From assembly GCF_009914755.1 (NCBI RefSeq), contig NC_060943.1: a stretch of 64,000 nt of DNA. One strand, given 5' to 3'. Positions 1-63,480 of the stretch are shown piece after piece; the stretch's first letter is position 1; the number at the start of each line of letters is the position of its first letter. The notes under the pieces are model-generated. The model did no database searches. It was not told where the DNA came from and saw only the letters and a list, made by a program, of their open reading frames with translations. Source of the DNA: the human T2T-CHM13v2.0 reference genome, Homo sapiens. Position numbers and translations under genes: made by a program.

Positions 1-86
1 GGGGGGCCTTGGGGCGGGTGGGGGGAAATCAGTGCCTCAGAGGTAGCCTTGGAGGGTTGGCTGGGACAGCATGGCCCTGTTGCTAA

Positions 87-7557
<7,471 letters not shown>

Positions 7558-8029
7558 GCCAGGACATGAGGCTTCCCTGAAGCAAGGATTTCAGCCAGAT
7601 GCCATAGACCCTCAGAACTTGACCTGGAAGTCCAGACACTGAACGCAGGCCTCAAAACTGCTGCGGCCTTCCAACTCCTGGTATCTGCATCGGCGAATGG
7701 CCCTTCTTGCCTTGATCCACAGGGATGGGGAAGGGAGGAATGTCATTAATGTTTTGTTAATACTGATTCTTTCATGCAATGATGTGTATTTTCCCATTCT
7801 GGAGGCTGTGGGAGATGACAAGACAATGAATGGGAAGGTCTGACACAGAACAAATCAGCGGTTCTGAAAGCTTGGGGAATCTCAGACTCCTTTGAGAATT
7901 ATTGGAAAATGGACCCACTATAACTTGGCGTGTGTGTGAACTGCTTGATGCCCATCCAGGAAAGCCAAGTTAAGAAGCTTTGCTTCAAGTAGACACTAGA
8001 AATCCATTCCCTTGGCAATTTATACAGTT

Positions 8030-8395
8030 CACGTCTCCCACCATCCGTTCATCTCACCCACCCTGCCATCTCTCCACCTATCCATCTGGCTATTGCTCCA
8101 TCTAGCTTTCCCGCTCCATCTACCCATCTTCCAATCCATCATCTCACGTATCTGCCTTGCTTATCCAACTGTCTGCCTTATTCACCCACCCATCCCTTTA
8201 TCATTCTAACCCCATCTGGCATTCCATCCCTCCATTTATCCATCTTCCCACTTACCCATCTTCTCCATCCAGCACTCCGTTCATCAGTCCGTCTCTCCCT
8301 CCATATTTCCATCTGTCCATTCATCCACTCATTTTGCCATCCATACATATTCACCCAGCCATCTCCCAATCCATCGACATACCCCATCCCTCCCT
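8030..8395 (+). repeat. Degenerate (CCAT/TCCA)n low-complexity repeat
   Basis: Many ccatc/tcca units; pyrimidine-rich. Confidence 0.8.
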
Positions 8396-9107
8396 CACTG
8401 GACTCTCCGGGGTCTTAGTACTATGATACTTCAGAGACAATTCCATGCTGATACGGGGGAGATCAATTTTGGGGCTCTGGGATAAGTCTGTCCCACATCT
8501 GTCTGATTTCCCTTGGCATCCTTCCCGTCAGTTCCTCTTGAATATCCCAGTTCTTGTACCCACTCACATACCTCAGATCCCTTCACTCCTCCCCGCAGTT
8601 TGCAGCCTCTACAATTCATCCACATGCTCCCTCCCCCAGCAAAATAATTCAGGTCGTGGAGACAAAAGGCTTTTATGTTAGGTTCTGTCTGCCCCCTTGT
8701 TCCAGCAGTGGTATGCCCAGTGAGAGGCACAATTTAAACGGTTTCTTTGGTGATGATATTAGCTACTTTCATCAAATACTTAGCCTCTTGTGCTTTAGCA
8801 CATTATTTATGTAAGCTCCCCTAGGATTCTCTGAAGCACCCTGGTGTCCTGGCTGTGAATTCAAGTCCCATCTTTACTTATTTGGTGTGGGTCCTCCCTC
8901 TGAGCCGGTTTTCTCATCTACAAAATGAAGACAACAGTACTTCCCTCCTGGGATCATTGAAAGATTTAGGGAGCATATCCTTCCACTTCCCAAACATATT
9001 TGAACCTCTGACTTGCTTAGGAGCATCATTCAAATCACAGATCCCCCAGTATCTAGTCCCAACCTATTGAATCAGGATCCCCAGGGAAGGAGGAGCTTGG
9101 GAATCTG

Positions 9108-9895
<788 letters not shown>

Positions 9896-10182
9896 GAATC
9901 TGAATTTTTAGCAATCAGTTAGCAGCAAATAAGCTGAGATTTCCTGGGTACTAAGCACATACTATGAGCATTACAGCCGCTTTATATAAGCTCGTTCACT
10001 GTCCTCATTACATTCCTAATATGCAAGTGAGCATGTTTTTTAATCCTCAGTCTAGAGGTGAGGAAACTGAGGCAGGCACAGAGAGGCTAAGGGATTTGCC
10101 TAGTCGCACAGCTAGGAAGGTGCAGCACTGAGACTCGAATCCACACAGCTTGGCTTAAGTCTACCATTAAATTTGCCTGTCC

Positions 10183-10596
<414 letters not shown>

Positions 10597-10649
10597 TCAG
10601 GGGATTCTGATAATTAGCTGAGCACAGTTGCCAGCACAGGGCCTGGCTC

Positions 10650-10655
10650 AATAAA
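10650..10655 (+). terminator. PLEKHG2 poly(A) signal (AATAAA) within a MIR-like 3' tail
   Basis: cagcacagggcctggctcAATAAAtattagctg resembles the MIR 3' end. Confidence 0.6.
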
Positions 10656-11464
10656 TATTAGCTGCTGGCTTCTGCTCACTTACTGTTTATTGACTGGCTA
10701 CTGTACACCAGGGCCGAGGCTGTGTCCCGGGGGCCCCGTGGTGACGGAGGTGAACTCCTCAGCCTGGAGTGATCCACTCCACTGGAGCCTCCCCAAGGTC
10801 AGGACCGCAGCCGACGCTCCCCTCCTCCGCCCCAGCTGCACATTCCCGGCTGAAGGAAAGTTCTCAGCCTGGCCCAGGCTCCCAGCGGCGTCGGAATTCC
10901 CGGTATTCGAGGAGGCAGGGAGGGAGAAGGGGCCTGTCTACTCCAAGGCCTGGAGCTGGGAAGGAGAGGCAAGCCCCTTTCCAGTCCAGATGTGTCCCAG
11001 CTGTGCCTCTGGGAAAGAGCCAGGAGCCTCAATAAGGGGGTCTCTGGACCCCCTGGGAAAACCATGGGCGCCAGGCTTGCCTCCACCCCTCCTCCTGGCA
11101 TCTGTGAATTCCATTCCTCCCTCCCGCCCAACTCCTACTGCTGCTTCCCAGCCCCAGCTCTGTCGCCTTCTCAGGAATACCTTTCCTGCTGGCCTACCTT
11201 GGTTCTGAGCCCAGTCCTCCTCAGAGCTACAGCTAAATCAGGCTCCGAAAGGATAAGGATGGTGCCTGCTGTCCTCTCTGGGACATTTAGGTTAATGCCA
11301 GCTAAACCAGTTAACCGGAGTTAACTCTGGCTGCGATGCAAAACTTGGCGAGCCGCAAAACATTTTGCCACTAGGGTAGTTTTCTCATCCTGTGTCACCA
11401 ACCTCACAGGGATGTGGCCACCTCCAACAACCACCTACCTGATGCTCCATGAACCCCACTCCTT

Positions 11465-12918
<1,454 letters not shown>

Positions 12919-13099
12919 TAGGGTAGATACATAGAAAGTGGGCAAGTGGACAGAAAATCTCAAGTTGTAAAACATTCCCCCTGAGCATTTAGGTGCGGGA
13001 CTTCCCTATTGGCTGCAGAGGCTGGAACTAGGAAGTAGAAATCTCTGCGCTCCCCAAACAATGAAGTTCACTCGCTTCCTATGAGTCATTAGCCACTCA

Positions 13100-13180
13100 A
13101 CGAAGTCCTCACTTAACGTCATCAATAGGTTCTGGGAAACCGTGACCTTAAGCGAAACGACGTATAAGGAAACCAGTTTG
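13100..13180. mobile_element. Tigger/MER47-like DNA transposon end fragment
   Basis: gtcctcacttaacgtcatcaataggttc...taagcgaaacgacgtata resembles recalled Tigger-type termini. Confidence 0.55.
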
Positions 13181-13696
13181 TTTAAAGGACTGTTATTACA
13201 GGATCTGCTTGTTTTGCTTAAGTCCGTTTCCAAGCACCTATACAAAACGCTGAGGATGCACTGTGCTTTGAAGCCCAACTCCTCTTCCAGCACCGGCAGC
13301 AACCCTTGCGTCATTTGTGACTCCTTGGGAGGGGGAAGAGGGCTGTGGTCACTCAGTGCCCCATGACGAGCACATGGCCCGGCACAGGTGTTCAAGGAAA
13401 GTGAATGAGCAAGTTGAGGCCACAGACACCCGAAAACAACTCATCACAGACATGGTCTCCCTGGCTACTCTTCCTACCGGCCAGCAGACCCTGGTTCCCA
13501 TGTCCTCTCCCCCAAGGAGTCCACCTGACTCCTCCAGGCTGTCAGGCACCGCTTGAGTCCCACAGCCTCTTGTGCTTTTCCCACAAGCGGCCACCCTGAC
13601 TCCTTAGCTCCTCATGTTGAGGGGCCACAGGGTAGAGATGGGGCCTCTTGAGCAGATCTGTGACAACCTAAACTAGTAGTCAAGAACCTGGGCTCT

Positions 13697-15200
<1,504 letters not shown>

Positions 15201-15500
15201 TAGACATCCACAAGGATGAGCCATATATCCGCCAAGGTCTGCAGCCACTAATGGCCCCAAACGACTGCCATCTCAGCTTTGCCTGCACACTGGACTCTAC
15301 TGGAGGTGTAGAGACAGAGACCCCCTGCCTTCTGCTTCCACTCACCCACACCAAGCCCAGCGCGACCACTTCTGGGGAGGGTCAAAATCCAGACTGGCAA
15401 TAGGTCCAGGATGTTTACTGATTTCTGTCTGGTTAAACATCCAATACCAACACATAAGGCCACACACAGTTCTTGAAACTTTAAAATCCCTCAAAAACTG

Positions 15501-15506
15501 TTTATT
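15501..15506 (-). terminator. RPS16: RPS16 poly(A) signal
   Basis: tttatt on + (AATAAA on -), 30 nt after the stop codon. Confidence 0.9.
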
Positions 15507-15535
15507 ATACAAGTGAGTTTTGAGTCACGATGGGC

Positions 15536-18158
15536 TTATCGGTAGGATTTCTGGTAGCGAGCGCGGGCACCAGGGCCTCCAAACTTTTTGGACTCGCAGC
15601 GACGAGGGTCAGCTACCAGCAGGGTCCGGTCATACTGGATGAGGATGTCTTTGATCTCCTTCTTGGAAGCCTCATCCACATCTGGCAAGAAGAGCAGGGA
15701 CGAGGATTTAGATAATCACACAGAGTCCTTGACTTGATCCCCACACACCCATCTACCTCATGGGAAGGACCCATGCTCACTCACATTTCTGGTAATAGGC
15801 CACCAGGGCTTTGGAGATGGACTGACGGATAGCTGTGAGAAAGACACACAATTAAAGGGTACAGGAGCGCTGTGAAGGCCTCCCTCCCAGAGCCACCTCC
15901 TCCATGCGCCCAGTTCCTGGGACTCACCATAAATCTGGGCCACGTGACCACCACCCTTTACACGGACACGGATGTCTACACCAGCAAATCGCTCCTTGCC
16001 GAGAAGCAGAACTGGCTCCAGCAGCTAAAGGAATGGGGAATGAACAGGGATTTAAGTTACATGCTGGGCAGCTTAGCCATCTCACTGGGCTTCTTGTTTC
16101 TGTGGCTTCTGCCACCACTGGCCTTCAAGTACTAGTGGATGGGGGTCAGGGTGTCACTCCAAGGCCCTCTACAGACCCAGAGAAGAGGAAAGTCAAAAAA
16201 GCCAGATATGAGACTGCTGAAGTGGTGTTAAGAAATATAGGCAAGGTAAAGGGAACAAGATCTGGGCTCCCTCCTACTTGTGTCCCTCACTGGACCTCAG
16301 ACACCCTACCTCTAAGACTGGTTCTTAGAAGGCTGAACAGTAAGGAGCATTCCAATAGCTTCTGAAACTCCCAAGGCTGTTTCAAGTAGTCGAAAGCCAT
16401 CCCTGGACTGTTCAGGTGCCTTTTCTATTTCCCACCTGAGCTCTCTGCCCTTTCTTTGAGCCTCACAGGTTTCCAGAATTACAGTACAACCTGTCCCTGG
16501 TCCCTAGACCCTTCCCAGCTCCAGGTCTTTTACCAGTGCCTCTGTCTGGATACTTCCTTTACCTGCTTTCAGCTCACAGGTCTCCTTCCCCAGTTCTGAC
16601 CACTTTGGATCAGCTTCTGGTATTGGGCCCAGTCCTTCTCCCCAACTAGGCTGGCAGGTCCATGAAGGCAAGACCTTAAGTCATCTGGATCACTGCTATG
16701 TCCCCAAAACTCAACAGAGGGTACACATACAAATCCTTCAAATACAGTGACAGCCAATAACAGTAACATTCAACATCTGCTACACAAAGGAAATCTCAGA
16801 ATTTTTATTAAATTCTAGGCCAGGCATGGTGATCACACCTGTAATCCCAGTCCAGGCAGAAGGATCACATGAGACCAAGGACCAGCCTGGGCAATAAAGT
16901 GAGACCCCACGTCTACAGAAAAATATTTCTCAAATGAGCCAGGCGTGGTGATGTGCCTGTAGTCTTGGCAACCGAAAGGCTGAGGTGGGAGGATCTCCAA
17001 CTCAGGAGTTTAAGGCTGCAGTTCATTAGGATTGTGCTATTGCACTCCAGGGTAGGTGACAGCAAGATACTGTTTTTAAAAAAGAACCTTATAACTCAAA
17101 AAAAATTTTTTTAACTGACCCTGCAATGTAGATATTCTTTCTTTTAAAAGTAGTAGAGTTCAGAAGGGGCAGAAATCAGACTCTGGTTTCTTTCCATTCT
17201 GAGCCAAAGAAATTGAGAGTCCCAAAAAGGGAACAGAGGAACCCCTTTTACAAGCAAGCATTTAAACAGACCCAAATTCGGCCGCACACGGTGGCTGACG
17301 CCTGCAATCCCAGCACTTCGGGAGGCCGAGGCTGGTGGATCACCTGAGGTAATGAGTTCGAGACCACTCTGGCCAATATGGCGAAACCCCGTCTCTACTA
17401 AAAATACAAAAATTAGCCGGGCGTGGTGGTGCATGCCTGTAATCTCAGCTACTCAAGAGGCTGAGGCAGGAGAATCGCTTTAACCCGGGAGGCGAAGGTT
17501 GCAGTGATCCGAGATCGCGCCACTACACTCCAGCCTGGGCGACACAGCGAGACTCCCTCTCAAAACAAATAAATAAAATAAAAAATAGTCGGTGTCCCTT
17601 CACCCTTTGGGTCCCCCCGCCCCAGTGAGGTGAGCTTCCTAACATCCCAGTTCTCAAAGCAAACCCTTAATCTTCAACAACCCCATCTCAGCTTTTACAT
17701 CTTCTGAACCCCAAGCCCAGCTCTATTGCCAAATACCCCACTGTTCTACACCCAACACAACTTCTAAACATCCCGTTGCTGATGCCAGCCCCCCCAGCTT
17801 TCAAGAGCTACAACATCTCTGTCTCCAAGAGTCCTCCATCCACTCAACGCCGGTGCCGGATCCCAGCACCTTGTACTGTAGCGTGCGCGGCTCAATCATC
17901 TCCAGGGGCCGCCCGTTCACCTTGATGAGACCATTGCCGCGTTTGCAGTGCGCCACAGCTGTCGCTGTCTTCTGTAAGATACAAGAGAAACAGGGGCCCC
18001 GTGAGCTCCGGCTCCAGCTCCCATGTTACCCCCTAGATTCCTGCCCACCGACCTCTCCCAGACCCTGGCCTTCTCCTTCCCCTCCCCTTCCCATCCGGCG
18101 TCTGGCTCACCTTGCGTCCGAAGACCTGCACAGACTGCAGCGGGCCCTTGGACGGCAT
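15536..18158 (-). CDS. RPS16: 40S ribosomal protein S16 (uS9), 146 aa
   Basis: Minus-strand exons 18158-18111, 17971-17870, 16024-15928, 15832-15785, 15681-15536 total 441 nt. Translation [30 protein letters not shown]...[29 protein letters not shown]...[10 protein letters not shown]. All introns are GT-AG. Confidence 0.99.
16818..17586 (+). mobile_element. Two Alus in RPS16 intron 2
   Basis: Alu consensus at 16818-17085 and 17280-17586. Confidence 0.9.
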
Positions 18159-18500
18159 GGCTCCGAGCGTGGACTAGACAACCTCACCGCGCGGCGCCGC
18201 AACCGGAAAAGGAAAGCTAGGGGCCACCCTGGCCGCTTTTCAGGGTCTGCGCAGGCGCCTTGAGCACTGCGTCGCGACGGGAGAGAGCTTTACGGCTTCT
18301 GTTGCGGCTAACGGGCGGGGCGTCTGGTCAGCGGCGGGAAGGCCCTTAGGCGCTCAGAGCGGGCGGGCCCTGTGAGGCGGAAGTGGCGGGCTCTGTGGGC
18401 GGAAGGGGCGGGGCCTGGGAGTGTCGTGTGCGGACTGAAGGGAAGGCTGCGGGAGTGTGCTTCGCGTCCTCTGTAGTCGACTACCGCAGCTCTTCTTTGC
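17850..18500. promoter_or_regulatory. RPS16: RPS16 CpG-island promoter
   Basis: CpG-rich. CGTCGCGACG palindrome (hDRE-like) at 18270-18279, ETS/GABP CGGAAGTG at 18378-18385, several GC boxes. Confidence 0.85.
18205..18216 (-). promoter_or_regulatory. RPS16: RPS16 polypyrimidine initiator / 5'TOP motif
   Basis: Minus strand reads CTTTCCTTTTCC about 50 nt upstream of the ATG, as is typical of ribosomal protein genes. Confidence 0.9.
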
Positions 18501-18519
18501 ATTCTGGCTCTTTAATAAT

Positions 18520-21732
<3,213 letters not shown>

Positions 21733-21913
21733 TGACCTAAGCCCTCCTGACTTTGGGGTCACCATCTTTCCCCAGCCTCTATGGGCACACTCCCTGAATT
21801 ATCTGTGGCTTGAGTGGAGCAAGCAGGGGATGGGATGAGGGGTGGCGGGGGAGTTCCCCTCATCCACTTCAGCCTTCCAGTCTGCTCCCCCTTCCTGTAC
21901 CTCTCTCTTCCAG

Positions 21914-22075
21914 AACCCCAGGCCAAGCACCAGAGAAGGCCTGGGAGTGAGCAAGGTGCCCATGTTGCTTCTGTGGATCATCCTCCTGCTTGTACAGCCC
22001 TGGGAGGGCCTAGGAACGCCCGCCCCTCTGCTGGAGGGAGCCTTTTTACTTCCTTGCAGCCCTCTGAAGATACCA
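21914..22075 (+). pseudogene. IL15L: IL15L relic exon: 5'UTR, signal peptide and helix A
   Basis: Strong acceptor ctctctcttccag ends at 21913. In the +1 frame, 22020-22064 reads PPLCWREPFYFLAAL. The exon ends at a mutated donor gcgagt (22076-22081). Confidence 0.8.
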
Positions 22076-22202
22076 GCGAGTGGGGAGCAGAGCCAGCAGA
22101 CGGGGTGGGCCAATTGATGGGGCGTGGTAGGGGGTGTGTTTGAGGAAGGGTCAGCCTCTTTCCCTCCAAGATCTGATTCTCCTCCTTACCCCTGAACTGT
22201 AG

Positions 22203-22247
22203 GAAAACAAAAATGATGACACCCTCTACACCCCAGATGATCTCTCA
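22203..22247 (+). pseudogene. IL15L: IL15L relic exon: A-B loop with LYTP motif
   Basis: ctgtag|GAA AAC AAA AAT GAT GAC ACC CTC TAC ACC CCA GAT GAT CTC TCA|gtgagt; phase 0-0, splice sites intact. Confidence 0.88.
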
Positions 22248-22736
22248 GTGAGTATTGCATTCGCTTCTTTCTGCAGTTGCAGGTTTTGAGAGAATTCAGT
22301 GGTCTCCATGTGTGAGGGCTGCTGTGTGACCATATGAATATGTTGCGGGGAGGAAGTAGTGGGACTATCTCCTGACCCAGCCCCTAGCCTTGACAGATAT
22401 ATTTTGCTCACTGCTGTCTCCAACACCTAGAATAGGGAGGTATATAATAACAAATGATGATGATGACTACAGCTGCATGTAAATAGTGTTTACTCTGTGC
22501 CAGGTATTGGTTTAAATGCTTTAAGTATGTTAGCTTATTTACTCTGTACACCAATCCTATAAGATAGATAGGACCACCATGTATGGATGTGAATGTTGTA
22601 CACTGCACAAGGATCCCACATCTACAAAGACAGTACTATATTCACAGGCTGGATATTGTAGATTTGCATATTTGCCAACTTGCGGCAGATGGCAGTAAAG
22701 TATCTTGTTCTAATAAAATCAAGACTTAGAAGGTAG

Positions 22737-23368
<632 letters not shown>

Positions 23369-23576
23369 GAGTGTCTTTTTCTAGCTTGCACATAAGTACA
23401 GCATGGGATAGTGTCAGGCCTTACGGTTGGGATTATCCAGAGCCCTATTTACAGATGAGGAAACTGAGGCCCAGAGAACTGAAGGGGTTTGTTCCAGGAC
23501 ACAGATAAGAAATCTTGGGAGTGGGGACTTGGACTCATGCCCTTACCCATAGATACCAGGTCACTTTGTCCCTACT

Positions 23577-23816
23577 GTGTGTCCTGCTGAGACTCTAGGC
23601 TGCTCCAGGTTGGAGCTGTCTGTGATTGGGTTTGAGGAGGGACCATCTATGGGAACTGCTGTGTTCCAGCTACAGTACCTGCTGGATCTCCTGGGGTCCC
23701 GGCTGTGGGTGGCCAGCCAGGGCCCTTGCCTGTCCTGTGAAGGACATCCCCAGAGACCTGTCCCCCTCTTGGAGTTACTACAGGGAGCTTGTGCTTGGCA
23801 CCCTACCACAGCCTGA
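23577..23816 (+). pseudogene. IL15L: IL15L relic exon: helices B-D
   Basis: ORF 23577-23816 with the IL-15-type Cys pattern. It is preceded by a pyrimidine tract ending tact where AG is expected. Confidence 0.88.
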
Positions 23817-24209
23817 GCTTTGGAGGACATGGGCTCCCAGGTACACCCAGAGAGGCTGGGTAGAGAGAGGGAGGGAATAGTCTTCAGCTCCAACTGCCAA
23901 ACCCTAAGCCTTTTCTTCCCTCTAGGCCAGAGGACCCCACCTGGAGCCCTAGTAGCCAAGGGGAAGAGTTAAGAAGGAGGAAAGTAAGGTGCGATCTGAA
24001 GTCTCTGACCTCTTGGGCAGGGAGTTGGATAAATTGCCCCACCTGCCCCCATTCTCACCCTCCTTTAGATACTCTTCTCTCTTCTTCCAGGAAGGGACAG
24101 AGAAGTGCACAGGTATTCTCTAACCTCATCCCTATACCTTGAGAACAGGGAGGGTCCTGTGGTTCACATCCCTACATCCCTGGCTACAAAAAATTACCAC
24201 TTGAAGAAC

Positions 24210-27390
<3,181 letters not shown>

Positions 27391-28152
27391 GGGCTTCACG
27401 GTCACTCAGACTTGGCGAGGAGGCTTGGGTCTGCCGCTTTCCACTGAGTTTTTCTGAGCTTCAGCGTTCTCTCCAAAACGGGGATACGGATCTCCTGGGG
27501 ATGCTTTAGAGGGCCTAGGAGATAAAGCCTTGTTTCTTTTATAATTTGCTATTCGCTGATTTCGCCGCCTCCTCGCAGCTTGGCCTACCGCGCTAGTGTT
27601 CCGGACTAACGAACAAACGGCTCACTAAATTCAAACATGAGTTTCAGCCTGGTCGCCGAGCCGGCGGGTAGAAAAAACCTTTCCCCTCCTAACCCTCCGC
27701 AGATGTCGGCCCCGCACTCCGCCCAGGCCAGCCCTGCCTCTCTCAAGATGGCGACCTGGAAGTGCGTCGCCCGTGCCAGCCCCGGAAATCTCGTGTTAGG
27801 CGAGGTCAACGGGTAGGTTCTCGCGAGAGGACCCGTCAGCCCCAGTCAGGCGTCGTGCGAACAGCAGCTGGTACCGAAGGCGGAGGTGGAGCCCGAGAGG
27901 TAAGTGCGTGTGCAGAGGTGGCAGTTCCGGGCGCCGGGGAGGTGTAGAGAACAGATTCGGAAACTGGGGAGGTCTAGCATGTGGCGTAGGAGGGGGTCCT
28001 CACTCCGCTTCGCGATTGCCAAAACGAGCCTGCCGGAAGCGCCCTAAGGGGTTTTCTTCTCCCAGGGAACCAGCGGGGAAACTGAGGCTCGGGGTGGAGC
28101 GCAGGATTGTGGGACGCGCCAAGGCTGCTGTCTTTCCCAGCAGCAGCGGAAG

Positions 28153-58658
<30,506 letters not shown>

Positions 58659-58902
58659 AGCAGGCAGGGCCGGTGGACTTCGTCGGATGAAGAGTGATCC
58701 TCCTTCCTTCCCTGGCCCTTGGCTGTGACACAAGATCCTCCTGCAGGGCTAGGCGGATTGTTCTGGATTTCCTTTTGTTTTTCCTTTTAGTTTTCCATCT
58801 TTTCCCTCCCTGGTGCTCATTGGAATCTGAGTAGAGTCTGGGGGAGGGTCCCCACCTTCCTGTACCTCCTCCCCACAGCTTGCTTTTGTTGTACCGTCTT
58901 TC

Positions 58903-58908
58903 AATAAA
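58903..58908 (+). terminator. SUPT5H: SUPT5H poly(A) signal
   Basis: AATAAA about 245 nt after the stop codon. Confidence 0.9.
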
Positions 58909-58929
58909 AAGAAGCTGTTTGGTCTAAAA

Positions 58930-58933
<4 letters not shown>

Positions 58934-58973
<40 letters not shown>
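58934..58973 (+). repeat. (GT)20 microsatellite
   Basis: Perfect dinucleotide run. Confidence 0.97.
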
Positions 58974-58976
<3 letters not shown>

Positions 58977-59254
58977 CCGTGGGAATGAGGGTGTTGTTTT
59001 TAAGTGGGGTCATTTGCAGACCCCACTTCCTTGCTTTGTGGTTGGGGCAAATAACTGGACCCTACCTAAATCTGTTTTCCCATCTAGATAATAGTGATAG
59101 TGCCTGCCCCAGAGAGCTCTTGAGGGGAGTGTGTATGAGAAGACGTCGGAAGGAGATGATCAGAGTAGAGCTTGTCATGTGATTGATGACATTATATCTT
59201 ATTCAGGCATGAATTATGCTAAGTGAAAATCACAGTATCCCCCAGGAAACCTAA

Positions 59255-61650
<2,396 letters not shown>

Positions 61651-61716
61651 CCAGAAGAGTTTTCGAGGGCTGGCTTTTCAGGTCGTTTTCTGGGCCTCAA
61701 TGTCTATTTCTGACAA

Positions 61717-62696
61717 TGTGGGGAAAAGAAAGATCAGATTGTTACTGTGTCTGTGTAGAAAGAAGTAGACATAGGAGACTCCATTTTGTTCTGTACTAAG
61801 AAAAATTCTTCTGCCTTGAGATGCTGTTAATCTATAACCATACCCTGTTATAGATGACGGGGTTCTCTATAACCAACCCCGTGCTCTCTGAAACATGTGC
61901 TGTGTCAACTCAGGGTTAAATGGATTAAGGGCTGTGCAGGACGTGCTTTGTTAAACAGATGCTTGAAGGCAGCATGCTCCTTAAGAGTCATCACCACTCC
62001 CTAATCTCAAGTACCCAGTGACACAAACACTGCGGAAGACCGCAGGGACCTCTGCCTAGGAAAGCCAGGTATTGTCCAAGGTTTCTCCCCATGTGATAGT
62101 CTGAAATATGGCCTCATGGGAAGGGAAAGATCTGACCGTCCCCCAGCCCGACACCCGTAAAGGGTCTGTGCTGAGGAGGATTAGTAAAACAGGAAGGAAC
62201 GCCTCTTCGCAGTTGAGACAAGAGGAAGGCATCTGTCTCCTGCCCGTCCCTGGGCAAGTCTTGGTATAAAACCCGATTGTATGTTCCATCTACTGAGATA
62301 GGGGAAAACTGCCTTAGGGCTGGAGGTGGAACATGCGGGCAACAATACTGCTCTGTAAGGCACTGAGATGTTTATATGTATGCATATCTAAAGTACAGCA
62401 TTTAATTCTTTACCTTGTCTATGAACCGTTGTTCACGTGTTTATCTGCTGACCCTCTCTCCACTATTATCCTATGACCCTGACGCATCCCCCTCTCCAAG
62501 AAACACCCAAGAATGATCAGTAAATACTAAGGGAACTCAGAGGCTGGAGGGATCCTCCGTATGCTGAACGCTGGTCCCCTGGGCCCCCTTTATTTCTTTC
62601 TCTATACTTTGTTTCTGTGTCTTTTTCTCTTCCAAAGTCTCTCGTTCCACCTAACGAGAAACACCCACAGGTGTGGAGGGGCAACCCATCCCTTCA
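61717..62696 (+). mobile_element. HERV-K(HML-2) LTR5-family solo LTR (about 980 bp)
   Basis: Starts TGTGGGGAAAAG and ends GGGGCAACCCATCCCTTCA. 5-bp TSD GACAA at 61712-61716 and 62697-62701. TATAAAA at 62265-62271; poly(A) signal reads AGTAAA at 62519-62524. Confidence 0.95.
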
Positions 62697-62712
62697 GACA
62701 ATTGGGAGGTGA

Positions 62713-63480
<768 letters not shown>

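Noticed and set aside
16025-17869. Search for an intronic snoRNA in RPS16 intron 2
   Set aside because: Sequence is accounted for by Alu/L2 and low-complexity DNA; no convincing C/D or H/ACA structure seen.
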